A stretch of 63,446 nt of DNA, filler included, from Octopus bimaculoides (taxonomy: Eukaryota), in NCBI RefSeq assembly GCF_001194135.2. It is 3 parts of 3 records of this genome, joined end to end, with 100 filler letters (N's around TTAATTAATTAA, not from the genome) between each part and the next. Parts side by side here need not be neighbours in the genome. Positions count along the whole stretch, not along the records: positions 1 to 30,247 come from NC_068985.1; 2 more parts are not named here. One strand, 5' to 3'. Positions 12,280 through 26,040 of this stretch are shown piece by piece. The number at the start of each line of letters is the position of its first letter. Within the stretch, counting starts at the first letter, position 1. A program made the translations under genes and the position numbers. Below the pieces are notes generated by a model. It did not search any database. It was not told the origin of the DNA and was given only the letters and a program-made list of their open reading frames with translations.

Positions 12280-14050
12280 ACGAAAAAAGAACTGTGTTGA
12301 TTCAGAAGGACTCAGCTAAAGGAAGCCGTGGCCAGTAACTTTCGTCCGATTGCCTGTTTATCTATGTTGTAGAAGCTTAGAACTGGGATAATGGGAATGA
12401 TACTATACAACCATCATGAAAGAAATGAACTGCTAGTGAATGAACAGAAATGTTGCAGGAAGCGATCACGAGTAACAAAGGGTCATTTGCTGATTGATAA
12501 CTCAATTCTTAGGAACTACTGAAGGAGGCTGACGAGCCTATCAATGGCTTGGATTGACTATAAGAAGGCATATGGTATGGTTCCTCCCACGTGGATTTTG
12601 AAATTCGTGGAAATTATTCGGAACAGCTCAAAATATGATTAATTTATTGAAAATCAGTATGAGAAACTGGAAGACATTTCTGACTAGAGGTGGAAGAGAA
12701 AATGGACAAGTCGGCATCCAGAGGGGTATCTTTCAAGGAGACTGTGTGATCCTGACTGTTTATTGTTAGTATGACATCAGTCTTCATTGTTCTGAGAGAG
12801 ATGAGAGTTGGTTTCAAACTGCAGAAAAACATGAGAACAATCAATTACGTGTTATGGACAATTTGAAACTTTGCGGATTCCCTTATTCAGACCGTACGAA
12901 TATTCTCTCACGACATCCTAACATTTGATATAGAGAAGCGTGCTGTTATTTAACTGAGGAGGCGGTGAAAAGTAGATAACGGTGGAGTACAACTTCCAGA
13001 TGACGAGGGAAATAAGAGAAGTGAAAGGAGTGGGTTAACGAGTATTTTAGTATTTTACAATTAGGCCAGATGATGAACACTAAGATGGAGAAAATTTCTT
13101 CTGAATATACCAGATGAGTTAAAAACCATGTAGATCTAAGCTGAATGGAAGGAAATTGATTAGAGGTATAGTTATGTGATACATAACTATGCAGAAATTG
13201 TGGAATGGACAAAGGAAGAATTGGTTAACATGGAAGGAAAAACTAGGAAGTTAATACAAGAAGTAACGTAGTAAGGCTTTTGTTACCTGGGAAGAAAGGT
13301 GAAAAAGGACTGGTTGGAATAGAAGATAGTGTTGTGAAGATCAAGTTTGTCTGCCTATGTGAGGAATAAAGATGAAAGAATGTCGCACGCTGTACTGAGT
13401 AAGAAGGAGATGAGTAACAATGGTTAAATCCACCAGCAGTACAATATGAGGAAAATTCATCAACTGGAATGAGAAAATCCTATACGGAGAGTTTTTTTTC
13501 AACAACGTCGGATGAAGCTGATGAACAATTCTAGAGATGGATTTTAAAGAAGGATACGGAAGGACTGATTCTTGTTGCTCAAGATCAAGCTTTACGAACC
13601 AACTCAATCAAGTGCAGCATTGATTGAGAATTACCTGCAGAATTACCTTTGTGTAGACTGTAAAAAATCATTTGAGACAGACATATAATTTGTTGATGCT
13701 AATCTCTCGCCCAAAATGAGTACAAAAAACGCCATGACAAAGTGGCAATGCAAATACACTGGAAGTTGTGCAAGAAGTATGGACTAGAATGTTCTAACAA
13801 GTGATATGAGGACCAACCTTTGCTAGTACAGAGAATGATTAAGTGAAGCTCGCATGGGATATGCTAATATACACTAACAAAAAGCTGCAAAATAACCGAC
13901 CATATATCATTCTCCTACTGAAGGAGTTCAAAGAATTAACCTTCATCAACATAATTACACCTACAGACTAGAATGTTGTGAAGACAGAGTACGGAAAAGT
14001 AGGGAAGTAGCAAGACCTAACATTAGAAGTGAAATGAATCTATAGATAAT
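12280..14050 (+). mobile_element. Decayed R4/Dong-clade non-LTR retrotransposon (RT, CCHC, RLE)
   Basis: SNFRPIACL, SMAWIDYKKAYGMVP, RGIFQGDC, MDNLKL, GLILVAQDQALRTNSIK, EYKKRHDKVAMQIHWKLCKKYGL, NNRPYII; many stops and frameshifts. Confidence 0.88.
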
Positions 14051-14104
14051 CAAACTGGATTTGCCTTTCAAGTTATGATAAAGTTTATGTATGTTATAAT
14101 CAAA

Positions 14105-14148
<44 letters not shown>

Positions 14149-14272
14149 GAAATTAAAATTTTAATTACTGATGCAGCACTCGACTGACACTGTGTTCTGA
14201 AGCATATGTATATTGAGTTCCAACACCAAGGTATTAATATCGCTATGACTAAGCGAAATAACACACACACAC

Positions 14273-14305
<33 letters not shown>

Positions 14306-14599
14306 TGTATGTATGTATGTATGTATGTACGTATGTATGTATATATGTATGTATATATATATATATGCATATATATATATATATACATACATATATACAC
14401 ACACACACACACAGACACACACGCACACACACACANNNNNNNNNNNNNNNNNNNNNNNNNNNNNNNNNNNNNNNNNNNNNNNNNNNNNNNNNNNNNNNNN
14501 NNNNNNNNNNNNNNNNNNNNNNNNNNNNNNNNNNNNNNNNNNNNNNNNNNNNNNNNNNNNNNNNNNNNNNNNNNNNNNNNNNNNNNNNNNNNNNNNNNN

Positions 14600-14940
14600 C
14601 ACACATATATATACATATGCATGTACGGGTACAGGACGTCACCAGCAGTAAGCAACATGAAATACAAAAACAAATAAGTTCAATACGCAAACAACGAGAG
14701 AAACATATGGAAAACAGGACAAGCAGCATAAAGAACAATCCTTCATCAGTTGTCGGCTGTCTATCTACTCCTCATTTCGAGCATTGAGCGACAATATGAG
14801 TCTTCGAAGACAGATGCGCCCGTAAGTATCAAAATAAAATTTGGGATTTTTTTGGGAGTGGGGGCAAAGTTGGGAACAAAACAGGACAGACACATACAAG
14901 GAAACCGAAAGAAAGCAAACATGGAGACTCGTTAGACCAG
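14600..14940 (+). repeat. Unclassified interspersed repeat, copy 1 of 3 (possibly Penelope pLTR-like)
   Basis: Highly similar to 15350-15518 (+) and 15519-15830 (-). Confidence 0.75.
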
Positions 14941-15101
14941 AACAAGGGTAAAATAGTGAACGCCAGAGAAATATTTTCTTTAACAAGAGAAAAGATAGAA
15001 GGGAGTGATAGTTTACGTCCAGTTCTCAGGACAGTCTTGAAAGAAAAGAAAGCTGATCATGTGAGGAAAAGAAAGATGGACGATGGTCACGTGTGAGCAA
15101 C

Positions 15102-15144
<43 letters not shown>

Positions 15145-15282
15145 AAGGAGAAGGAGGGGGAGAGAGAGACAGATAGAAAACAGTGAAGGGGAGAAAAAGG
15201 GAATTAGAGAAAGGATGAGAGAGAAAACGATGGGGAGAAAACAGTACAGAATAGAGTTGCATCAAAAAGATTAAGATAAACT

Positions 15283-15923
15283 TACTTGGAAATGAATGTG
15301 TGGCGTTCAATCAAATAATAATATAAATAATATATATATATATATATACACATATGCATATATGGGTAGAAGACGTCATCAACAGTAAACAATATGAAAT
15401 GCGAAAACAAATGAGTTCAATACGCAAACAACGAGAGAAACAAATGGAAAGCAGGACAAGTAACATAAAGAACAACCCTTTATCAGTTGTCGGCTGTCTA
15501 TCTACTCCTCATTTCGACACTCCATGTTTGTTTTCCTTCGGTTTCCTTGTATGTCTCCACTGTCCTGCTTTTGTTCCCAACTTTGACCCTCCATAAATCC
15601 CAAATTTTATTTTGATACTTACAAGAGCAACTGTCTTCGAAGACTCATATTGTCGTTCAATGCTCGAAATGAAGAGTAGATAGATAGCCAACAACTAATC
15701 TAGGGTCGTTCTTTATGTTACTTGTCCTGTTTTCCATTTGTTTCTCTCGTTGTTTACGTATTGAACTTATTTGTTTTCGTATTTCATGTTGTTTACTGTT
15801 GGTGACGTCCTGTATCCATATATGCATATGTATGTATGTATGTATGTATGTATCTAACTATATATATATATATATATCATTTATATTATTATTTGATTGA
15901 ACGCCACGCATCCATTTCCAAGT
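15283..15923. repeat. Fold-back element about 640 bp: inverted arms of about 235-260 bp around a 146-bp spacer
   Basis: Left arm starts tacttggaaatgaatgtgtggcgttcaatcaaataataat, right arm ends attattatttgattgaacgccacgcatccatttccaagta; inner parts are the 14600 repeat in opposite orientations. Confidence 0.85.
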
Positions 15924-15926
15924 ATA

Positions 15927-15967
<41 letters not shown>

Positions 15968-16235
15968 TGAAAAATCTGATTCTGATGAAGAATTTGCAGA
16001 GTCTCCAAACTCAGATGATAGAACAAATGGCAAGAGCAGAGGGGTAAGAAGGAGTCATGATCGAGTGTCTCTAAAGTTTCTTGCCATTTCTGATTTAATT
16101 ATAAATTACAATTCCATCAGCATCTACAGTATTGTTATATAAGGACATGTTGTCAACTATATTTAATTATTTGTGCCTAGGAACTGGGCATTTTGTCTTC
16201 TAAGTTTCGATAAAGTTTATGCATGGTACAGTCCT

Positions 16236-16435
16236 TTCTACTGTATGCACAAGGCCTGAAATTTTTGGGGACGGATAGTCAATTTCATCGATCCCATTGC
16301 TTGAATGGTACTTAATTTATCGACCCCGAAAGGATGAAATGTAAATCAACCTCGCGGAATCTGAACGTAAAGACGGAAAAAGCGCTTGTAAACACTTCGC
16401 CCGGCGTGCTAGCAGTTCTGCCAGCTCTCCACCTT
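16236..16435 (-). mobile_element. SINE family A
   Basis: Reverse complement of the consensus seen at 10880, 17281 and 48243. Confidence 0.8.
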
Positions 16436-17279
16436 TATGTATGTTATAGTAATAATGATTTCTAATGTCGCAAACCTAGATATTTTTGTACCATCATGCA
16501 GTTAATTAAATTGACGCAAGTGCTCAACTGATCCTTATAACACAAACGAAGACAAAATAGTCCCCCGTGGCAATTAAACTCAGAATGTAAAAAAGCATAA
16601 GTTAATTTGCACAGGATTTTCACCGCTACTCTATGTTCTAATAAAAATATTAATTTAACACTTTAGACGAAAGTACACAAAATTACGATCAATCCCAATT
16701 TTGACACCCAGAAGTAAGAAAGGCAAAGTCAATTCCTGTAGGATTTGAACTCAAAACGAAAACAGTCATAATTAGATATAGTTTTGTAATGTGATGGCCG
16801 CTTTAATGATTCTGTCAACAATTTTGAGGTGTAACAGGTGCATGAATAGAAATTTTAAGAAATGGTTTGGTCAGTTTATGTACTCGATTGATAGTAGCTT
16901 TATCAATCTTAGGAAATCGCAAAGCAATATCGACTCCGTCTGTATTTGAATTCAAAATACTCTAAAACTCTCCAAAAATAGATTTCTTGGGAAGGGAACA
17001 TTCACTTATATCAACCCGATTACCTGTATGCTACATTATTTCATATGATATCCTATCTTTTTTTATCGACCCCCACCACAGATAATTTTATTGACTGTTA
17101 CGTTATTAATTGATCATGAATGGATGAAAGGATGAAAGACAGAATTAGCCTTGGTATGATTTGAACTGACAACGTTAAGTCTCAGAAGATATTTCGTTAG
17201 GTATTTTGTCCGACACTGTAATGATTTTTTTTTACCAGTTCAGTGCTTTTAAATTCTGCTAATAATACTGGTTTGAACT

Positions 17280-18015
17280 GAGGCGGCGAGCTGGCAGAAA
17301 CATTACCACACCGGACGAAATGCTTAGCGGTGTTTCGTCTGCCGTTACGTTCTGAGTTCAAATTCCGCCGAGGTCGACTTTGCCTTTCATCCTTTCGGGG
17401 TCGATAAATTAAGTACCAATTACGCACTGGGGTCGATGTAATCGACTTAATTCCAATGTCTGTCCTTGTTCGTCCCCTCTGTGTTTAGCCTCTTGTGGGC
17501 AGTAAAGAAATAAGAAACGTTAGCACGCCGAGTGAAATGCTTAGCGGTGTTTCGTCTGTCGTTACGCTCTGAATTCAAATTCTACCGAGGTCGATAAATT
17601 AAGCACCAGTTACGCACTGAAGTCGATGTAATCGACTTAATCCCTTTGCTTGTCCTCTCAATGTTTATCCCCTTGTGGGTAATAAAGAAATAAGAAACGT
17701 TAGCACGCTGAACGAAATGCTTAGCGGTATTTCGTCTGTCTTTATGCTTTGAGTTCAAATTCCGCCGAGGTCGACTTTGCCTTTCATCCTTTCGGGGTCG
17801 ATAAATTAAGTCGGTCTAATCGACTGGCCCCCTTCCCCAAAACTTCGGGTTTTGTGCCTAGAGTAGAAATGAATATTGGTTTGAACTGTTGGCACAAAGC
17901 CAGCAAGTTCGAGGGAGAATTGAGTCGATAAAAACCACCCCAGTACTCGACTGGTACTTATTTTATCGACCTCGTACCAATGAAAGGCACAGTCGACCTC
18001 GGCGGAATAATTCTG
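17280..18015 (+). mobile_element. Three head-to-tail SINE A copies plus an inverted partial copy (about 17900-18015)
   Basis: Units 17280-17514, 17515-17692, 17693-17878; units 2 and 3 both begin at gaaacgttagcacgc. Confidence 0.85.
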
Positions 18016-19589
18016 CTAATAATATTAGCAACATAAATTGTACAAATTGTTGATTACAGAATGTTATAATTTTAGTTTATACCTGTTAATAGTTCTTTTT
18101 ATGAAATATCAATTGTTTTAAGTTCTAAATAGGCAGTACGTTAGATTTTAATTGGAGACAGCGAAAGGAAATTGCATCGTGATACTTATTATGTGGATTT
18201 TATTTGGATAAAAGCGATTTTGATTCACAACCAAAGAGAACGGAACTACATACTGAAAGATTCATTTTGCACACAGGAAGCTGAAGTTAGAATTATCTTC
18301 TACAATAGAATATAACTACTCTAATATCTAGTGCAAAAACACATCTTGTCCGAACCAACAAAAGAATCTCATTAGAGTCATTCTACAGACTAGAAATAGC
18401 AGCCAATTTCCCCACAAATCACAAACTGACTTCTTTAAATGGGAAGGATGTATTGAATTATATGATCATGGTGCAATTTGAAAATAAGAAGGGTTGGTCT
18501 CGGTTGGAACATCTATGCCCATAGCTCTCTTCAGTTACGAGTTAGCTGGGAATAAACTGCAGCAGCTGAACAGAACCGTTTATTTGCTCTTTATAAAATG
18601 CATTGAACCACTGGTTGAGATACTGATTCTTGAGATCAAAACATCTCATCTCTAAGATTTAAATGTTATTTATGAATGCCTGTTTATTAAAACTATGTAA
18701 TTCGTCTGAATCTCTATTATCTTAGTTCACTTCATTGACCTTATTTTCTTAGATAATTATCAAAAGGAGTCTTTAAAATTAAATATGAAATAAAATATAA
18801 TTGAATATTCGCTTCATTATTTCCAACAGCAGTTGTTCATCTTTTTTTTTATTAAATGCACGATTGTATCTGTAAACAATAACAGATTGAAAATATTCCC
18901 GACATAAAGCATCAACGATGTGGAAAGTATGAAATGGTCCATGGTAACACTTAAGAGTGATAATTTCTGTGATAATTCATAATAGTTATAAAAAAAACCT
19001 CATTAGTATTTGGTATGTCTATCAGACTAAATGGCTGTAAATATTGATTTAAAGAGAAAATTTATACGAGTTGAACATATTCTAAAATCATTTTTAAACC
19101 AACAATCTACTTCACATCAATCGACTTCATATCAATCACGACAACATTTTTTTCAGTCAGTTTTATATTTTTAGTCAGATTTTTTATCAACGCTGACGAT
19201 CACTAATTTTTTTCTTTAATGGCTTAAGTCAAACGAAGAAAACCAGCGCTCATAACCCTTTCCCCAACCTCTAAATCTTGTTCAAATACTTTTAACAAAT
19301 GGGACTCGGTTAAATGCTCTCAACAGTCAGATGGTGGTGTTAAACCGATCGACTGATTGTGTTTACCATCCAAGAGCAAAAACAATTCCACCAATAGGCT
19401 TCTCTGTAGTTTTCGATTACTAAATTTACCCAAGAAGCATTGGTCAACTCAGAGGTATAGTAGAGGAGACTTTCTTTAAGATACTGAATGGCAGGATCAA
19501 GCACAAAACCATGTTGTTTTGAAGTGAACTTCTTAATCACACATCTATGCTGGCCCCTGAAATAAATCATAACAACAATAATCCTTTCT

Positions 19590-19795
19590 GCTATAGGCGC
19601 AAGGCCTGAAATTTAGGGGGAGCAGACAAGTCGTTTATGTCGACTCCAGTGCTCGACTGGTATTTGTTTTATCGACCTCGAAACGATGAAAGGCAAAGTC
19701 GATCATGGTGAAATTTGAACTCAAAACGTAAAGCCGAACGAAATGCTGCTAGATATTTTTCCGGCGCGGTAACAAATCTGCCAGTTCGCCGTCTT
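19590..19795 (-). mobile_element. SINE family A
   Basis: cctttctgctataggcgcaaggcctgaaa...gtcgactccagtgctcgactggt...tctgccagttcgccgtc. Confidence 0.8.
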
Positions 19796-20649
19796 CATAA
19801 CAACAATAATAAAAACTGCACCAATGGCAACATTGATAGTTTCGTATTCTTTTTCGTTTTCTCTTATTCATCATCTTATTTTTCTCTCCAGCATTCTTTG
19901 AATCATTAGATTCACTTATGCAATAATCATCGTCAGCTTCTCTTCAGCTTTTTTTCAACTTAGATTAAGATTCGGAAGGTTAAAACATGATAAGAAAGTT
20001 ATTTTAATTCGTATATGCCATATATAAAGAAAGATAGTGACTTGACGGAATCGTTAAGTTCAATCTTACTGCGTTAAGGCACACCGATTCGGCCTGAGAA
20101 ATACATTAACGATACACTTAGCTGAGGAATACTCAACCACTTACACAGAAGGTATTTATTTGGTCAAGTAACGGAATGCTCATCATCGAGACCAACGGAG
20201 AATCCACAATTGAGAAACATATTACAAATGAGAAACGCCAGCCATCACAAAAAAAGAAAGAAAAAGAAAAGAAAAGGAATCAATCAGCCGAAATGCTTAA
20301 TTTAAAAATTATTAGTCTAAGGTTTAATTTCAATTCTTAAATCTTCACGATAATGCTCTAGCCATTTGAACTGAAATTAATTTTGGTTGTTAAACCAACT
20401 ACAAACACATTCATCCGAAGTTATTTGTTCTGAAAACACATTAGAGTTTCTGCTAATATTTGTAGTTTTCCTCCCTCAAGGATGCTATTAGAAGCTACTG
20501 AAGTGATATTGAGATATTTATGAAATGAAGATGGCCACTATTTCTCACTGGTATAGAGAAATTCAAATTTTAACCATAAAAATGCAAGCTTTACCCGACG
20601 ATCTAAATGCAACTTTAGACTTTTGAAAGATATGGACAGTATTCATTTT

Positions 20650-20743
20650 CAGGAACATCGCACAAGTAAATCCCCAAATCCAGGAATATTGCACAAGTAA
20701 ATCCCCAAATCCAGGAATATTGCACAAGTAAATCCCCAAATCC
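20650..20743. repeat. 31-bp minisatellite, about 3 copies
   Basis: Unit cacaagtaaatccccaaatccaggaatattg at 20661, 20692 and 20723 (partial). Confidence 0.9.
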
Positions 20744-20799
20744 AAAGAAATCTTCGATAACATTGCAATGTTAATAATAGTTTTCAACCTAGGCCTACA

Positions 20800-20950
20800 G
20801 TTTTGAGGGAAGGATGTTGACTGATTACATTGACCCCAATTATGAGCCCTGAAGGGATGAAACGGATGAAAAGATAAGAATACGTCGGCAGGATCTAAAC
20901 TTAGAACGTAAGGAGTGGGAGATTTTTTCCAACGCTCTAATGATTTTGCA
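20800..20950 (-). mobile_element. Degraded SINE family A
   Basis: aggcctacagttttgaggg...gattacattgaccccaat...ggatctaaacttagaacgtaag. Confidence 0.6.
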
Positions 20951-21310
20951 AATTTACAACTCCATTGTATTAATAACATTTTCATTACCACTACTGATTT
21001 CTATAATCGAAAGTAATATGTGAATGAATAATGCAGTGGTTGCCTTGCTGTTTGCTATATTTATTTAGAGTAGGAATGTATTGGGGTTAATTAATGTAGC
21101 AAGCATAAAAACATAATTAAAAATAATTATGCGACGAGAAAAATACATTACTTCGAAAGTTATTATTTTAATAATGTAGAAATAGAAGACAACAGGCGCC
21201 TCTGGACATATTTCGCAGTTATCAGACTTCGCCAGCGAAGCATAGCCTTTATCATACATGCCAAAGTAGTTACACACACGCCCAAACACATACGCACAAG
21301 CATGTAATGA

Positions 21311-21355
<45 letters not shown>

Positions 21356-22343
21356 TGTGTATGAGAAAGCGAGAGAAAGAGATGTTCAATATTGAAAAGG
21401 AATAGACATGAACAATTAACATATAAAAAAAAGCAAAGACCACCTAGTAGTTAACGACCATCTACAAAAAACTGTGAAGTTAGTGAAGACATACATTGGA
21501 GTGTTTACTATCACTTATTCGAGTTCAAGGGAGGACTTTAACTGAGCATCAGAATGTGAATCATTCATCAGATATACAGTGTTTCAGCTATATATGTAAT
21601 ATTTTAAAGTTAGATGGACTGGGTTATAGAGAGTAAAGTGATTTGGTGATAGTCACACTTTACTGCCAGAGACACGGAATAAAATGTATTTGATGACATT
21701 GTTATATTTGGGGATGTTTAGTTCTTGCATAGATAAGGATACCAACAGCAGAAAGATATAATGGATTAAACAGAGCAAGAGGAGACACGTTGGATAGACA
21801 GTCACTGAAGAAGTCACAAGATGTGTGACGAAAGATCTCAGACAAAAGACACTAAAATAAGAATAATAAAAAAGCTGAAGTGAAGACAAAGTATATAGTA
21901 AGTGTGATTAATTGGAAAAATATTATGACCATCACCAAATATAGCAATATCTGTTTACAACACACGATTTCACATCAGGAATCTTGCAGAGAAAATGCAT
22001 AAACATTTGATGTCAGTTTGTAGCTAATTCAATAATATTCAAAGTGATTCGAAGTACGGTCACAAACATACCTATTACCAAAGAGTTCCAGCCATGATGA
22101 AAAACTTATTTTTCAAATATTTTCAAAGCTATATAGTGCAATGTATATTTGTTTTCCATGAAATGGTCAAGTGTAACTTGAGGGAAAATTAGCTGCTATT
22201 CCTAGCAGGTTGAGCGATTACTAAATGTTCCCTCGTATTGTTTATAGCTTTCATGTGTTTCTACGATAAGTCATATTTTATTCATTATTATATTACTCTT
22301 GCCGATGATCACGAAGACGACGACAGCCACCACCACCACCACC

Positions 22344-22408
<65 letters not shown>

Positions 22409-23607
22409 ATTCCTTCCTTCCTTCCTTTTTCTAATCTGTTCTGTCGCAAACTATAATCACGATTGCAGATGCATCGAGCACTTTTCGAAACTTAATAGCT
22501 GTCCAAAAGTTCAATTAATACCAGTGTTTTGATATCTACTGAAATTTCAATATTTATTTACGACGTACAGAAACTTCATTAACCTATGAAATCGATTAAA
22601 TTCTTGGCAAATTATTTTATTTCTTTAATCTGTCATTTATATTAAAGTTTTAGCAATCTTATTAAAAAAAAATGCTATTGATGCTTGTATGACAACTTTG
22701 ACTAGAAAAGAGGTTTCAGGCCGGTTGTTTACAGTAATTTTATTTCTATTAGACCATCATTAGATGTTGTTCTATATTTGTCATAGTCTCAGACGTTTGC
22801 GAGGCAAATTGACAGAGTGGTTAGAGCGCGTTGGATAGAAACCCTTGCACAATAAAAGTGTACCAATCTAGAGCGGTAGATTAGTGGATTTTTCTGAGCG
22901 TCTGACGAGAAGCTTTGTAGGGTCTGTTCCAGTATGTTGTCTACGATGAAACTGATGTCTGACTGTCTTCGCCATAAAGCGGCGGCGGTTTTCTTGGACG
23001 CAAAATCAGTGACGTGGATAGGGGAGACTTGCATGTATGGGAATCTCCCAGTTCACGTTACACACGCACAGACAAGAAGAAACAAAAAGAAAAATAATTT
23101 CCCATGAGGGCGCCAACAGATGCAGATACATAGTCAATCCTAACCAACGGAATCTACCTAGTCTCAGAAGGAGCATAGAAGGTGGCGGCGAAAAAAAAAA
23201 AAAACTCAAAAAGACAAAAAAAACAAAAGACATCTTCTAGACTATTAAATAAGAAATAATTTAGTGAGTTTGGGCAAGATTAATATATATACTAGTTCTT
23301 GGAAAGGAGTTGTTAGGATGGTACTTATTTAGGAATGGTGAAGTTAACCTGAATGAACGGTGACTAAAGATAAATTGTGTGATCTATAAATTACAGTAGG
23401 AATGATGTAAAGGCAGCAATCACAAATAAGTGCATTTCAGTAAGGATAAAATAGAGATATCACTTTAAGAGGACGAAATAGCATTATAATTGAATAACAT
23501 TAAATTTTAGAAGTCTACTCCTAATCTATTTCTCCACCAAATCCACATGTTTAACTACAGATGAAAATAAAAACAGTTAAAATTATGCATATTTGGACGT
23601 ATACGAG

Positions 23608-23739
<132 letters not shown>

Positions 23740-23919
23740 GCATATATATCTATGCATACACATACATACATACATATACATACATACGTACATGCCTTAC
23801 TGTTTTTGTTAAAGAATGATAAATTTATACTCTACCAAATGGATTGAGTAATCCTTCAGTTTTATGTAAAACTGTTCTTATTGTAATAAAACCAAACATT
23901 TATATATATATTCTTTTAT

Positions 23920-24390
<471 letters not shown>

Positions 24391-25992
24391 AAGGGGAACG
24401 AAGATCTTATCTAAACAATCACCTGGGAAGGCGCATTCAACACCTTGGATGTAAGATAATGATTCCACATATCATCTGTACTACAGGTGTAAGAATGTGT
24501 CGAAACTATTGTAGTGGTTTTAATAAAGAACGTCATTAATTCCCTTTTCTTTCATTTCTCTCTCTGTGTATATATATATAATATAATATAATATAATATA
24601 ATATGATATAATATATATATATATATATGATAGCCAAAAAGGCTTTTTCTGTTTGTATTTTTTTGTCTTAGTACTGTATACGTATAATTAATCCTCCTTG
24701 CTTATTATACAACCGTAAGGCATTTTCTATTGCATATATACTATTCCTTGCCTCCCCATTTGTTTACTTAACTGCAAAAAATATTCGCTGAATATTTGTA
24801 GTGCGACTCTGAGCTCTGTCATCCCCTCTTCTTTCTTCTGTCCATTTTTTCTTCCCCCCCTTTCTTAATCGCCTCCCTTGGACCCTATCCTTTTTTACTC
24901 TTTTGCTTGTTTCTTTGCCTCTCTCATTTCTTAGTCCCCCCACCACACTTCCTCTCTCCTACCATGTGACTGGTGTCCCGTCAAAGCGCGTTGTTCTTTT
25001 TCGGCCTGATGCTGACAAAACCATACACGTTTGTGTTCCGTCCGTCAAGGACTTTTTCCATTTCTTTGTGTTACCTCACTACGTCTGTCTTGATAGCCGA
25101 AAAGGCCTTTTCTATTTGTATTGTATTGCTTTAGTACTATATACGTATAATTATTCCTTTTGCCCTTTGTGCAAACATAAGGTATTTTCTATTGTATATG
25201 TACCACTCATTGTCTGTTATATCTTGTCATTATGTTTTATTGTACACACAATGTTATTTCGTCCTGTCCGCGCACACATTTTTCTGTGTGTTAGTATATT
25301 ACATATTTTTCTGTGTGTTAGTGTTTTTCGGTGCTTTTTCTGTGTGTTAGTATTTTTATATATTTTTCATTTCATATATTTTTGGGAGTCATTCACTCAG
25401 ATAGCTGGATTTATGATTTCACTAGGTTAATTCTGTTCATAAAAATTTTAATTAAGTGTATTTCTTAAACCGTTAGCTTCACATTTCAACAGCTTAACTG
25501 AAATTTAGCCCCGCAACAGGAACTGAAGGGGGATATCGTGGAACAGAGAAACTGTGGGTGATACAGATAATTTGACATTATTTCTGAATTCTGCATGCAA
25601 AAACATATAAGATACAGGTATTCTTTTCCTTGGGACAAATTCTCTGTTGACCAGTTTTATTCCTATCGTAGTTTGCAAATCCAAGCATCAAAACGTTACT
25701 CAACATACATACATACATACATACATACATACATACACACATACATACATACATACATACATACATAATACTTATATATTTATACATATGTATATATATA
25801 TGCGTATACAAATATGTATATACGTTAGTAGACACATACACACACATATATTTACATGCATACATACATGCGTACGTACATACATGCATTCATACACACA
25901 TACATATAGTTGTGCATACGAACACATAGGCAAAGAAATTAGGGGAGGAGAATTTGGGAATTTATATATACACAAAATTTCTCACACACACG

Positions 25993-26040
<48 letters not shown>

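Noticed and set aside
15610-15690. gaaga...gctcgaaa as a hammerhead in the fold-back repeat
   Set aside because: Lacks CUGANGA and consistent stems.
15965-16100. Acidic EKSDSDEEFAESPNSDD stretch with a GTAAGA donor
   Set aside because: Short, no convincing acceptor or partner exon, and no recognisable homology.
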